From: a virus
Lineage: Duplodnaviria; Heunggongvirae; Uroviricota; Caudoviricetes; Ackermannviridae
IMG/VR virus record: IMGVR_UViG_2974693523_000001
Location: 38,803-102,802 of that record
DNA: 64,000 bases
Reading direction: 5' to 3' (one strand)
The notes under the pieces were generated by a model. That model was not told the origin of the DNA. It saw nothing but the letters and a program-made list of their open reading frames with translations, and did not search any database. Within the stretch, counting starts at the first letter, position 1. Each line of letters starts with the position of its first letter. A program made the translations under genes and the position numbers. Below are positions 25,677 through 35,218 of the stretch, piece by piece.

Positions 25677-26657
25677 ATGTCTAAAGAAGATCTAAACAAA
25701 ATCAAAGAATCAAAACCAAGTGAGGTTACTGCGGCTCAATTACGAAGCCTCTACAACAACATTCTCACCCGAACTGATGAAGCAAACAGAACAATCGGTT
25801 CAAAAATGAAAATGATTGATTTTGATGAAACTCAAAAAGAAGTTCAAAAGGCTTACGTTACTATCTCTCGCATGTCACGAAAAGAAAGTCGTGTAGGTAG
25901 TTTTCTTTCAAAAATTTTGCCTGATGCAGCATTTAATAAACTATACGATAAAGCTGCCGAAGAGTCTGTTAACGGTAAAACGGTTTTGGAAATTTCCAAT
26001 AATCTCATTAAAAGTGTTGAAGAACGCCGTCAGCGTGTAGAAAACATTTATGGCGATCTTGTAGATTTGCACAATAGTATTGTCGCAGCTCATAAAGAAC
26101 TTAATGCAGTTATTGAAGGTATTGATGAGCATTTGGATGAATTTGATCCCGTTGAGCGAGTGAAAATGATTGCACTTAAGAGTGAAATGCTACTCACGTC
26201 ACAAGCGCACGAAGACAATATCATTACATCGAAGGGTACGATTAAGACGGCAGAAAACGCCTTAATGTTGTATTCAGGCATGATTCCAAGTATCCGCGCC
26301 CAGATCAACGATGGTCTGTCTATTCGTAGCGCACTAAAAGAGCTTGAGAACATGACAGAAATCACAGAACAAATTACTGAATTGTGTAATGCTGTGCGTG
26401 AAGATAACCGAGCTGTAATGACACAACAACTAATGACAACACTTGATAAAACAGTTATTAGTGAAAAACAAATTCAGCGGCTTGTTAGCAACCAAAATGA
26501 ACAAGCAAAACTTCACAAACAGCTATCCGAACAAATTCAACTTGTAAATAATCGTCGTGAAAACATGGTTAATAAGCTGCAACAACTTGGCGAGACATCA
26601 AAAGTAAAAACAGCATTGTTGAATAATAAGGATGTGTTTGATGGATACGGTTGCTAA
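25677..26657 (+). CDS. hypothetical coiled-coil protein (326 aa)
   Basis: ORF with AGGAAT SD. Confidence 0.5.
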   Translation: MSKEDLNKIKESKPSEVTAAQLRSLYNNILTRTDEANRTIGSKMKMIDFDETQKEVQKAYVTISRMSRKESRVGSFLSKILPDAAFNKLYDKAAEESVNGKTVLEISNNLIKSVEERRQRVENIYGDLVDLHNSIVAAHKELNAVIEGIDEHLDEFDPVERVKMIALKSEMLLTSQAHEDNIITSKGTIKTAENALMLYSGMIPSIRAQINDGLSIRSALKELENMTEITEQITELCNAVREDNRAVMTQQLMTTLDKTVISEKQIQRLVSNQNEQAKLHKQLSEQIQLVNNRRENMVNKLQQLGETSKVKTALLNNKDVFDGYGC

Positions 26658-27471
26658 CGTACGACAACAAAGAATTTCAGCAATAAAACATATTGTTCCT
26701 GAACCTACTGAATTTCAAAAAAGTTGTTTAGAACCAGCATCCTATTACAAGGATGTTTGGTTCAACTATAGACAAAATTTGAAAAATTCTTGTTACAAAC
26801 CTTCACCTAATGGTTTTGCAATGCTAGAAAAACATGAATTAGGTACATCAGGAAGACAACTTGGTGAAACATTGTACCGATTGCAAATAATCAAAATTTG
26901 TGAAGAACTGATGTGGGCAAAGTTTATTGAATCTAGTATGTTATCTTCTGTAATGGCTTTATCCATGGCGTATAAAAAACAGAATGATTCAATCTGTAAT
27001 ATTTTATTCCCTATTTCAACCAATTCAGATATTTATGGTCTTGCCAATGATTCACGTATTGATATTCTTGATGTTTATGGATTAACAAATTTTAAGAATG
27101 CAATTCACAATATTGTGAATGATAAAACAAAGGATTTAGAAAAACCTAGTAAGGAAAAATCTGAATACATTTTCAAAATGTGTGTTGGTGCGGCCAGAGC
27201 GTATGGATTTGATAATTCTGATTCTGATTTCTTTACATTAATTTCGGCTATAGGTAACATCAGAACGTCTGATGAAGAGATCTGGAAATTCTGTATCACT
27301 TACATGTTTGAAATAATCATTGGTGCGTACTTAACAATGGTAAGAGATAGAAAATGGGGTGTTTCTTATTCTTCTAAGGCTATTGTTCTAACAGATGCAG
27401 AAAACATACCTACAACACTAAGAAAATACTTTGTTGGTATTTCTTCCGAACCTTTGTTTTACTGCTCGTGA
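26632..27471 (+). CDS. hypothetical protein (279 aa)
   Basis: ORF. Confidence 0.5.
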   Translation: MCLMDTVANVRQQRISAIKHIVPEPTEFQKSCLEPASYYKDVWFNYRQNLKNSCYKPSPNGFAMLEKHELGTSGRQLGETLYRLQIIKICEELMWAKFIESSMLSSVMALSMAYKKQNDSICNILFPISTNSDIYGLANDSRIDILDVYGLTNFKNAIHNIVNDKTKDLEKPSKEKSEYIFKMCVGAARAYGFDNSDSDFFTLISAIGNIRTSDEEIWKFCITYMFEIIIGAYLTMVRDRKWGVSYSSKAIVLTDAENIPTTLRKYFVGISSEPLFYCS

Positions 27472-28037
27472 GGATTAATAAAATGGCTATTTTTAGTTCT
27501 GCAGATATGGAAGATATGAACCAAAAACAACCAAGAAGATTAAACGTTGTTGATAAGGTTGAGTTGATAGGTGTTGGCTATGAATCAATTCTAGACCTAC
27601 ACATCATTAAATCCCATACAGAGGATATGGATCGCATCCTTGGTCTCCCTAATGGCGTTGAACATATTCAAGTAAGAATAAAGGATGTTTTGTTTCAGTA
27701 TGATGAAAAACATAAAAAATTAATAGTATCACCAAGAAACTCCAACACAATGTTTTTCAATTCAAAAATTGAAGTCTATAAAGAAATTGTTTCTCTAATG
27801 GATCAGTGGATGAAATCACTAACAACCCCAGACACTGAAACCCTAATAGAAGTGGCATCACAAATTGCAAAACAATCAATTGAACAACACTTAAAAATCT
27901 TCACTCAAAGTCTTATCAAATTAACTGATACATTAGAGAAATCAAACGTTGTATTATCGGGGATGAATGATCTTGCTAAGAAAGCAGAATGCATTCGAAA
28001 AGATTTTGATTCTATAGGTTCTTTATTTAAGGATTAG
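27468..28037 (+). CDS. hypothetical protein (189 aa)
   Basis: ORF. Confidence 0.5.
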   Translation: MRINKMAIFSSADMEDMNQKQPRRLNVVDKVELIGVGYESILDLHIIKSHTEDMDRILGLPNGVEHIQVRIKDVLFQYDEKHKKLIVSPRNSNTMFFNSKIEVYKEIVSLMDQWMKSLTTPDTETLIEVASQIAKQSIEQHLKIFTQSLIKLTDTLEKSNVVLSGMNDLAKKAECIRKDFDSIGSLFKD

Positions 28038-28039
28038 TT

Positions 28040-28363
28040 ATGAATACCGCAGCTATGCTCTATATTAATCACGGTCAGGCCAGATTTATGTTGAAAAAGA
28101 AATCAATTATTAAAATCATGGCTGGTTTTAAAAATGGTGTGGATAAAAGTAAACCCGCAATTGGCATCAAGTATGAAAACTCGCATAGCGAACTACAGAT
28201 AATTTTCGATGAAGACTATACCGCCGATGTGGTTGCCAAAATTCGTGATAAGCTTGTTAAACTCACTAGAAATACTTGGTGGTCATCAACGATCAATATA
28301 GACAACTTTATTAAAGAAGTATTGGCTGAAAAACAATTACAGGAGCAATCCAATGAAAACTAA
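28040..28363 (+). CDS. hypothetical protein (107 aa)
   Basis: ORF. Confidence 0.45.
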   Translation: MNTAAMLYINHGQARFMLKKKSIIKIMAGFKNGVDKSKPAIGIKYENSHSELQIIFDEDYTADVVAKIRDKLVKLTRNTWWSSTINIDNFIKEVLAEKQLQEQSNEN

Positions 28364-28613
28364 ACTAGTGGTTTTAGGCAAACACTTTACCGAGCGTATC
28401 TATATTGATGACATTGATTATATTCAAGAAGTTTCATCTGATGCTAATGGTAAACCAAAAGTTAAGTTACAGATTCAAAACGATAGTGGTGGCGGCTATT
28501 ATGATACTTTTATTCTATTTTCGGGTGAATCTAATAAAGATGAATTTCTAAGACAAGTTCAATGTCTAATGTGTAATCCTACAGGTGCGGTGCATTATTT
28601 TGAATTGATATAA
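28353..28613 (+). CDS. hypothetical protein (86 aa)
   Basis: ORF. Confidence 0.45.
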   Translation: MKTKLVVLGKHFTERIYIDDIDYIQEVSSDANGKPKVKLQIQNDSGGGYYDTFILFSGESNKDEFLRQVQCLMCNPTGAVHYFELI

Positions 28614-28647
28614 ATCACTTGTATCTATTAGGTTTTCAGTGTAATTT

Positions 28648-28677
28648 AGCCCCATAATGATCAAAAGGGGCTTTTTT
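28648..28677 (+). terminator. intrinsic terminator (AGCCCC...GGGGCT + T6)
   Basis: 6-bp GC stem, 13-nt loop, TTTTTT. Confidence 0.55.
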
Positions 28678-29001
28678 ATGAAACTTAAACATGGTATCCC
28701 CACCACATCAAGCATGGGTGCAATGTTAGCGCGCACAGGTGTGAGTGGACGTTCATTCTTAATGTCAATTACCTACGGTCAAGAGCGCCACCGCGTAGCG
28801 GGTAAATTTAACGCGCTTATCATTCGTGATGGTAAACACTGGCAAAGTGATTTCGAAACGCTAGAGAATCGTCTGTCTGAATTAACAGAAGGTCTTCAGC
28901 TTCGTCTAGTGAACCAACCAAACGGTATGAAGCACGGGTTAGCTCTGGTTTGTAACCCGCGCTTCAATGAAGGATTTCAAAATGGAGAATCCAATGTCTA
29001 G
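28678..29001 (+). CDS. hypothetical protein (107 aa from ATG 28678)
   Basis: ORF; start placed after the terminator. Confidence 0.45.
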   Translation: MKLKHGIPTTSSMGAMLARTGVSGRSFLMSITYGQERHRVAGKFNALIIRDGKHWQSDFETLENRLSELTEGLQLRLVNQPNGMKHGLALVCNPRFNEGFQNGESNV

Positions 29002-29920
29002 TCTTGTTAATAAAATTGTTGGTTTATTTTATGAAAAACCATCAACCCATTATATTGAACACACTATGGAAACTCATCTTAGTGTGAGTGTTAGTGAAAC
29101 TATCAAAACCCAAATGCAAAAGGGTCGTGATAAGGGTTATCACTCTTGGTGGCATAACCAACGTTGCACTAAAGAAGATCTTCATCTATCACTCCAGAAT
29201 GCTGTAGACCGCGGTGATTATTCAACCGCTATGATCTTTTCAGCTATGTTAGAGTTCCGTGCCAAACACGAACTGGAACAGGTTGTTGTAAACCCGTTTG
29301 AAATTCTTTCGCAAACAAAATTTGTTCTTAACCGATTGCGCGTAAACATGTATTCGGATAATTTAGAATATCTTCAGCATGTATATGAAGCTTATATCCT
29401 TAATCAAGATTCAATGATTAGTGATGATTTTGTTATGGATAATGGTGAAACAACCTTTGCTGATATGCTTGTGACTAAACTTATTGAGAACAAACTATTA
29501 GCAAAGCCGTATCATATCATTTTTGTTGGGGTTCCACATACCGCAAATGATCTAACACTTACGGGTAATTGGGATGTTATTCCTCAAGGTGAAGTCTATC
29601 CAGTTGAAGAAGATCGGATGATAATTGATCATTCAGGTATTGAATATCATATTGATGATTCTATTTCAACATTTATCTTCCAAAAATCTACAGAAGGTGC
29701 AAATGTTGTTTTGGGTGGTCATAATCTACCTTACTTTATTGATGTTCTGTGTGATGATGGTAGAAAGAATGATCTGTACCTAGTGTACACTGGTGACACT
29801 AACGACCGTGAAAGTGTTTTCAATAAAAATAAATATGTCTTTATGGGAAAACACAAATTAACAGAAACAAAAAACAAATATTCTTTCCGAGGTGAACCAT
29901 GTCAAGCAGTATTTCTATAA
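28994..29920 (+). CDS. hypothetical protein (308 aa)
   Basis: ATG 28994 with GGAGA SD; 8-nt overlap with the upstream gene. Confidence 0.5.
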   Translation: MSSLVNKIVGLFYEKPSTHYIEHTMETHLSVSVSETIKTQMQKGRDKGYHSWWHNQRCTKEDLHLSLQNAVDRGDYSTAMIFSAMLEFRAKHELEQVVVNPFEILSQTKFVLNRLRVNMYSDNLEYLQHVYEAYILNQDSMISDDFVMDNGETTFADMLVTKLIENKLLAKPYHIIFVGVPHTANDLTLTGNWDVIPQGEVYPVEEDRMIIDHSGIEYHIDDSISTFIFQKSTEGANVVLGGHNLPYFIDVLCDDGRKNDLYLVYTGDTNDRESVFNKNKYVFMGKHKLTETKNKYSFRGEPCQAVFL

Positions 29921-30762
29921 ACACTGAAAAGAAACTAGAAAAGTTTCTTAAATCATATCATAAAGGCGTTGATGCCGAGGGTATGGTAAAAGCTCTTTCA
30001 GACGATGTTGTCTCAATTGAGTTTGTAATTGGCGATCCTATTCTAGCGGGATATTTGACGGCTACGAAGAACACCGTACCTCAACTACCCCAACGGAATC
30101 TAACAATTTCCATCAAACCATCTAGTAACGTTACCGCGACTTACGGTTACGTGAAGAATGGCGCTTGTGGTCAATTCAGAAACGTTTTCAAACTATACGA
30201 AAACTATTTTGGTCCTAGCAATACATTTTTTGTTCTTAAAATGACGAATGAACAAACTGTAGAAGTGCCTGCAATAATGTTTATGAATTATCTGTTAGGT
30301 ATTGTATGGAATGAGACTGTCAACAACTTTCTTGTGTCGAAGTTAGTTTATCAATCAAGAAATATCTTTAGTCGTTATTCATCAATGCTTGCTGGTTATA
30401 TCATTTGTTTGTTCTTTAAAAATTTACCAGCAGAAACATTTGTTTTTGGTTTAAGAAAAGTTGAATACAAAAATCAAAACGTATTGGGTAGTTTCGAACT
30501 GTATGTTACATCATATAATAGAACTGATGTATTCACACACGAAAAATATCTTAAGAATTTTTCTGATAATACATGTCTGTTAGTTGATGTTGGTTCAGGT
30601 AGTTTCTTTGTCAATGTAACCCGTGACAATGTAAACAACGCTATTTTTGGTGTTAATATTGACAAACACGGGTTTACTGAGGATTTCTATTTTTCTTTGT
30701 CTGATTATACAGATAATAAAAATGACATCCTTAATGAAGTACGTAATTCATTTAGTTTTTAG
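29899..30762 (+). CDS. hypothetical protein (287 aa)
   Basis: ORF. Confidence 0.5.
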   Translation: MSSSISINTEKKLEKFLKSYHKGVDAEGMVKALSDDVVSIEFVIGDPILAGYLTATKNTVPQLPQRNLTISIKPSSNVTATYGYVKNGACGQFRNVFKLYENYFGPSNTFFVLKMTNEQTVEVPAIMFMNYLLGIVWNETVNNFLVSKLVYQSRNIFSRYSSMLAGYIICLFFKNLPAETFVFGLRKVEYKNQNVLGSFELYVTSYNRTDVFTHEKYLKNFSDNTCLLVDVGSGSFFVNVTRDNVNNAIFGVNIDKHGFTEDFYFSLSDYTDNKNDILNEVRNSFSF

Positions 30763-30773
30763 AGGGATGTGAC

Positions 30774-31127
30774 ATGGCGGTTGCTATTGGTGTTCTTATT
30801 TTTGTAATTGTGTCTATTATTATATCACTTACACTAGCCAGATTTATGGCTACTGTTAAGCGTGATACAAAGTTATTGATCGGTCTTATTGACTTAAAAT
30901 TTGATGATCCAGAAGTCAAAAATGTAATTGTTTTTTCTAAACAAAATTCTATGTCTGGTAGATTTATTGTGGAGGAACTTGGTGAAGTAGGTATTCCCGT
31001 TGAGGATTACTTTCTAACTGATACATCCATAAGAACAGATATAGAAGAACATGTTAGTAAACTTGGTTATAAAATTCATTTTGAATTTGACGGAAAGTTT
31101 TTAGATCATCTACGAATTTATAAATAG
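30774..31127 (+). CDS. hypothetical membrane-anchored protein (117 aa)
   Basis: N-terminal TM helix. Confidence 0.45.
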   Translation: MAVAIGVLIFVIVSIIISLTLARFMATVKRDTKLLIGLIDLKFDDPEVKNVIVFSKQNSMSGRFIVEELGEVGIPVEDYFLTDTSIRTDIEEHVSKLGYKIHFEFDGKFLDHLRIYK

Positions 31128-31205
31128 TTTTTTCATTAAGTTTTATTGAAGTAAATTATTCTTGAACTGCCCAAGTGGGCTTCCAACAACAAACGGAGTT
31201 ACACA

Positions 31206-32849
31206 ATGTTCTCTTTAATTTTAACGATTTTGTTCATCGGTCTGGCGGTGGTAGTACCGTTCCTAGCACCGAACAAGTTTGCCAAGGTTGGCGCTGCTGT
31301 AGGCTTCGGTCTACTAGCCTTTGTTACTATGGCAATGACATCAGTTATTTCAATTCAAAAAGATCACATTGGTTTGAAGTATCGTTCTATTTTGGCTACT
31401 AACCTTCCAGCTGGGCGCATTATGATGCCCCGTGATGAAGAAGGCACCATTTACAAAGGTCCCCAACCAGATTGGTTCACCGAGGGTACGTACTTTATCC
31501 CATTTGTGAACGTGTTCTTCGATATTAAAGAAGTTCCAAAGGTTGAAGTTCCACCTAACCATTATCTGAAACTTGTTGCCCGTGACGGTAAAGATCTACC
31601 GAAGGGTGAAACAATGGCTCCCGAGTGGACTGGTTCATTTGAAGACATGCTTAGCCCAACTTCATTCCTGAACGGCGGTGGCTACAAAGGTTCTCAGCTG
31701 ACAGTTCTACCCCCTGGAAAATACGCCATCAATACGGATTTTTGGGTGGTTTCTCTAGGCAAGGCAACTGAAATCGAAACTGGTCAAGTGGGTGTTGTGC
31801 GCTCAAATGTGGCAAGCGGTCGTGTTGAGTGTCCTAAAGTAACCCAAACAGGTTCGGCACAAATTCAAGCAACGCTAGTCCCTCGTGGTTGCCGTGGTGT
31901 ATGGGCTGAGTCTCTAGAGCCTAACAAGTATTACCTACACGATGACGCCTACAAAGTAACGATCATGTCTACACGCGCTACTTCATGGGTCTATGCAGGC
32001 GGATACAAACGTCGTACTATTTCTCTAACAGTGGGAAATGATGGTTCTATTATTCAAGAACCAGATACAACGGCAGTTGGTTATGAGCCATCTAAACACG
32101 CTGGTCAAGCAGTTATCGCTAAAACTAACGATGGTCAAGAAGTACCAATCGAAATCCGTTTGCAAGCGCAAGTTCAGGCTAATAGCGCTTCGCGGGTGGT
32201 TGCTGGTGTGGGTGATTTAACTGCGGTTGAAGATCGTGTGGTTGCGCCTATTGTTAATGACATTGTGAGACAGATTGCAGCAACGGAAACCGCTTTGAAT
32301 TTGATGTCTAAACGCCAAACAATCATTGAAGCTCTTGAAAAAGCTGTTATTCCAGAAGCTGCTAAAGCGGGTGTGACAGTGACTGAAGTGCGTATCGATG
32401 ACATTGTTATTCCACCAGAAGTAACGCTCCCACAACGTCGTACCACACTAGCGACAAGTTTGGCAGCAACTTACAAACAAGAGAAAGCAGCCGCTGAAGC
32501 GCGTAAAGATTCAGAGAATGCTATTGCAGTAGCTAACCAACAAGGCACGATCGTTGCTGCACAAATGGCTCGTGACGCTGCCAAGCTGTACGGTGAAGGT
32601 GAGCGTGATCGTCTGGTCGCGGTTGCCGCAGGTCAGAAAGCTCAACTGGATGTTATTGGTCGTGAGAAAACAGTGGAACTACAAATGTTTGAGCGCTTGA
32701 TGCAAGCTGTTGAGAAGAACCCAAGTATTATCAAGGTTCCGGTCATTAGTGTGCAAGGTGGCAACGGTGGTTCATTGGAAGGTGCGGCGGCTGTGCTTGG
32801 TGCAAGCAGCAACATCGGTCAGTTCATCGGTAACACCAGTTCAAAATAA
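31206..32849 (+). CDS. SPFH/band-7 (flotillin/HflK-like) membrane protein, 547 aa
   Basis: Two N-terminal TM helices, then a prohibitin-like core (IQKDHIGLKYRS...) and a long Ala/Gln/Glu-rich C-terminal coiled coil. Architecture typical of SPFH proteins. Confidence 0.5.
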   Translation: MFSLILTILFIGLAVVVPFLAPNKFAKVGAAVGFGLLAFVTMAMTSVISIQKDHIGLKYRSILATNLPAGRIMMPRDEEGTIYKGPQPDWFTEGTYFIPFVNVFFDIKEVPKVEVPPNHYLKLVARDGKDLPKGETMAPEWTGSFEDMLSPTSFLNGGGYKGSQLTVLPPGKYAINTDFWVVSLGKATEIETGQVGVVRSNVASGRVECPKVTQTGSAQIQATLVPRGCRGVWAESLEPNKYYLHDDAYKVTIMSTRATSWVYAGGYKRRTISLTVGNDGSIIQEPDTTAVGYEPSKHAGQAVIAKTNDGQEVPIEIRLQAQVQANSASRVVAGVGDLTAVEDRVVAPIVNDIVRQIAATETALNLMSKRQTIIEALEKAVIPEAAKAGVTVTEVRIDDIVIPPEVTLPQRRTTLATSLAATYKQEKAAAEARKDSENAIAVANQQGTIVAAQMARDAAKLYGEGERDRLVAVAAGQKAQLDVIGREKTVELQMFERLMQAVEKNPSIIKVPVISVQGGNGGSLEGAAAVLGASSNIGQFIGNTSSK

Positions 32850-32863
32850 TTCTAAAATTATTT

Positions 32864-32941
32864 TTCAAAAGGGGCTTGCAAAGGCCTCTTTTTCATTTTA
32901 TAGTGAACTCAACTTAAGGCAAACACTAAAGGAAAGCCAAA
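32864..32941 (+). promoter_or_regulatory. terminator-promoter-UTR cassette (hairpin AAAAGGGGCTTGCAAAGGCCTCTTTTT; -35 TTGCAA inside the hairpin, -10 TATAGT; conserved UTR)
   Basis: Own inspection. The same module recurs upstream of 33275 and 34842. Confidence 0.5.
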
Positions 32942-33184
32942 ATGAAAGTACAAGAAGCACACAAAAACAATTTTATTAATATTGTTAATAAGGGTTATCT
33001 ACTTTGTGTAACAGATAGCATGGGTAAAACATTACTTAAACCCACAAACATCGTAGATTCTGTTATTATTGTTGTTGAAAATAATAGATATTCAGACGTT
33101 TGGGCATACGATCCTAATAGAACGGGACAACGTTCAAAATATAAACATTTAAATCAGTATGTGACATCAATTCAAAGTAGTTAA
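32942..33184 (+). CDS. hypothetical protein (80 aa)
   Basis: ORF behind the cassette. Confidence 0.45.
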   Translation: MKVQEAHKNNFINIVNKGYLLCVTDSMGKTLLKPTNIVDSVIIVVENNRYSDVWAYDPNRTGQRSKYKHLNQYVTSIQSS

Positions 33185-33196
33185 TAAAATTATTTT

Positions 33197-33274
33197 TCAA
33201 AAGGGGGCTTTTCAAAGTCCCTTTTTCGTTTTATTATGATCTAAACTTAAGGCAAACACTAAAGGAAAGCCAAA
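33197..33274 (+). promoter_or_regulatory. second copy of the terminator-promoter-UTR cassette (-10 TATTAT)
   Basis: Sequence similarity to 32864-32941. Confidence 0.45.
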
Positions 33275-33481
33275 ATGAACGCTCTAGAAATTGCTAATGA
33301 AGTCCTAACTGAAATGAACGTAATCATTCCTGTTGAACTTGTTAACGCTGCGGGCTTTACCAACTTGAAAGAGATGGTGATGCACAACGCAACAACCCGC
33401 CGTCTTTTTGTTGGAATGTTTGTTGAACGCTGTGGTTCAAATGATGCTGCTATTGAACTTCTACAAAGCTGGAGCGCGTAA
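33275..33481 (+). CDS. hypothetical protein (68 aa)
   Basis: ORF behind the cassette. Confidence 0.45.
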   Translation: MNALEIANEVLTEMNVIIPVELVNAAGFTNLKEMVMHNATTRRLFVGMFVERCGSNDAAIELLQSWSA

Positions 33482-33672
33482 TGGAATACATTGTACAAGG
33501 AAGTTTTGAAACTATCCTATTGGTGGATGGTTTGGCCATTAATCTGATAACCGGAGAGATATGTGATGTTAATGTGGATTCTGGACACTCTACTCATGTT
33601 TGCAGCACTGTTCTGTGTGCTTGCTGTGGTAGTAGTGATAATGCGGATAACGTTCTGCTATCGCGGGATTAA
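33481..33672 (+). CDS. hypothetical Cys-rich small protein (63 aa)
   Basis: ORF; conflicts with the overlapping 33566 ORF, and only one is likely real over 33563-33672. Confidence 0.25.
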   Translation: MEYIVQGSFETILLVDGLAINLITGEICDVNVDSGHSTHVCSTVLCACCGSSDNADNVLLSRD

Positions 33673-33823
33673 GCGCATAAAACGCATGATTGCGCGCAAT
33701 GGCGTTCCTGATTTATGTTGCTGTGGTGATATTCGTGATAATCACGGGTGGGGTACAGGTCATGCATTTGTAAGTCAGGATGATTACTTTTTTCAAAATG
33801 CTTCTAAACATTACAGAGTGTAG
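33566..33823 (+). CDS. small membrane protein (TM helix plus Cys-rich cytoplasmic tail)
   Basis: ATG 33566; strongly hydrophobic helix LMFAALFCVLAVVVVIM. Confidence 0.35.
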   Translation: MLMWILDTLLMFAALFCVLAVVVVIMRITFCYRGIKRIKRMIARNGVPDLCCCGDIRDNHGWGTGHAFVSQDDYFFQNASKHYRV

Positions 33824-33831
33824 TTAATATC

Positions 33832-34029
33832 ATGGATAATGAAATTCTATTTTGGTTACAAATTCTTTACTATGGGGTAAGTGGTGGCTTAGTCTTTCTG
33901 ATATTTCTAGCCTTTCGTAATGTCGTAAGGAAAAAGGATATGCGTTCTTTCGTTCTTTTTCTGGCAATGTTAGCAATTTATATCAATATGGTGTTGCTCA
34001 CTCACAAAGTCTCAGGGGGTGCGTTGTGA
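33832..34029 (+). CDS. small membrane protein (65 aa, two TM helices)
   Basis: ORF, hydrophobic. Confidence 0.4.
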   Translation: MDNEILFWLQILYYGVSGGLVFLIFLAFRNVVRKKDMRSFVLFLAMLAIYINMVLLTHKVSGGAL

Positions 34030-34278
34030 GAGACTGGAGCATCAAAAGAAAGGTGATGGCGGTGATTGGCGTCTCCGCCTATTTGTTTATGGTAGGTCAT
34101 ATGTTCTATCAATACATTGGGTGAAATATGGAAGACTTGAAAATTGTTATACAGGGTTTGAAGTATTGGAAGTGTTGGAAGTGTTGGAAGGATTTGACAT
34201 GGCGCGGTCGCGTTGGATTAGTTACCCTAACGTCAATAGTCTTGGCCCAGGTTGTGATCGTGGTGTCGGTGGTGTACT

Positions 34279-34578
34279 ATGGCTCAAACCTCTAATATAA
34301 AACGTCTGTCCTGTCATAAAGTAAAAGGTAACCCCTATTACCTACTGACTATAATCCACAACGGTGGTGAGCTAGGGTATTACCTAGAGGAGCATATGGT
34401 CAAGGAATTTGGTTTAACCCATTCGGTGGACGCGCTTTTGAACCTTATGGGTGGGCTTTCTTTTATCACAGAAAATCTACCTAGAGAAGAAGTTGAGAAG
34501 TGTGAAATGGAATTAGACTTACTGACGCAAGCTAGGGAATTTATTGGTTCTAAGCGAGTTTTAGAGAGGACTTTTTAA
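34279..34578 (+). CDS. hypothetical protein (99 aa)
   Basis: ORF. Confidence 0.4.
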   Translation: MAQTSNIKRLSCHKVKGNPYYLLTIIHNGGELGYYLEEHMVKEFGLTHSVDALLNLMGGLSFITENLPREEVEKCEMELDLLTQAREFIGSKRVLERTF

Positions 34579-34761
34579 ATGGTTGTTGCTATAGCGTTTC
34601 TTCTTCTTTATGTTTCTGCTCTATTTTATGTAGCGGGTGTAATAAATAACAATATTCTGTTGGGTTTAGTTGCTGTTCTTGTTGGTTTATTGGACGTTTG
34701 GTTTGTGTTGGACCCAGAGTTCTTTGGCTTTGTGATACCTGTGGAAACTATTTGTAATTAA
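34579..34761 (+). CDS. small membrane protein (60 aa, two TM helices)
   Basis: ORF, hydrophobic. Confidence 0.4.
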   Translation: MVVAIAFLLLYVSALFYVAGVINNNILLGLVAVLVGLLDVWFVLDPEFFGFVIPVETICN

Positions 34762-34764
34762 TTT

Positions 34765-34803
34765 TGAAAGGGGCTTGCATTAGCCTCTTTTTCATTTTAA
34801 TAT
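34765..34803 (+). promoter_or_regulatory. third copy of the terminator hairpin plus promoter (-35 TTGCAT, 17 bp, -10 TAATAT)
   Basis: Similarity to 32864-32904. Confidence 0.45.
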
Positions 34804-34841
34804 GACCTCATCAAGTAAACATTTGGCCTCAGGAGGCTACC

Positions 34842-35207
34842 ATGAAAACTAGAATTCTACTCACCGTAATGGCATCAGCAATTTCTTTCAACGCTTTTTC
34901 TGCTTCTGGTACTCAAGTCGAGCCACGTATGATCCCAGAATTCGCGGGTTATATCGACGGTATTGCGCATCTATGTCCGGAAAATGAAGAAATTCTTCGT
35001 ATCCAAGAGAAGTCGTTTTTGGCTGGTATCACGCGTGATTACCGCGAGGGCTCAGTACAAGAGCGCGTATATAACACTAACTTCAAAACAACTTCAGAAT
35101 CCAAGTTCATTACTTGTGAAGAATTTGTGAAGTATCTTGACAAACAAGAGAAAATTCTAGACAAGTTCATTGAAAAGTACACTATGTTCAACACTGCAAA
35201 ACGATAG
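34842..35207 (+). CDS. secreted/periplasmic protein with signal peptide (121 aa)
   Basis: MKTRILLTVMASAISFNAFSASG has a signal peptide with an AXA-like site; GGAGG SD. Confidence 0.5.
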   Translation: MKTRILLTVMASAISFNAFSASGTQVEPRMIPEFAGYIDGIAHLCPENEEILRIQEKSFLAGITRDYREGSVQERVYNTNFKTTSESKFITCEEFVKYLDKQEKILDKFIEKYTMFNTAKR

Positions 35208-35218
35208 ATAGGTGAATC

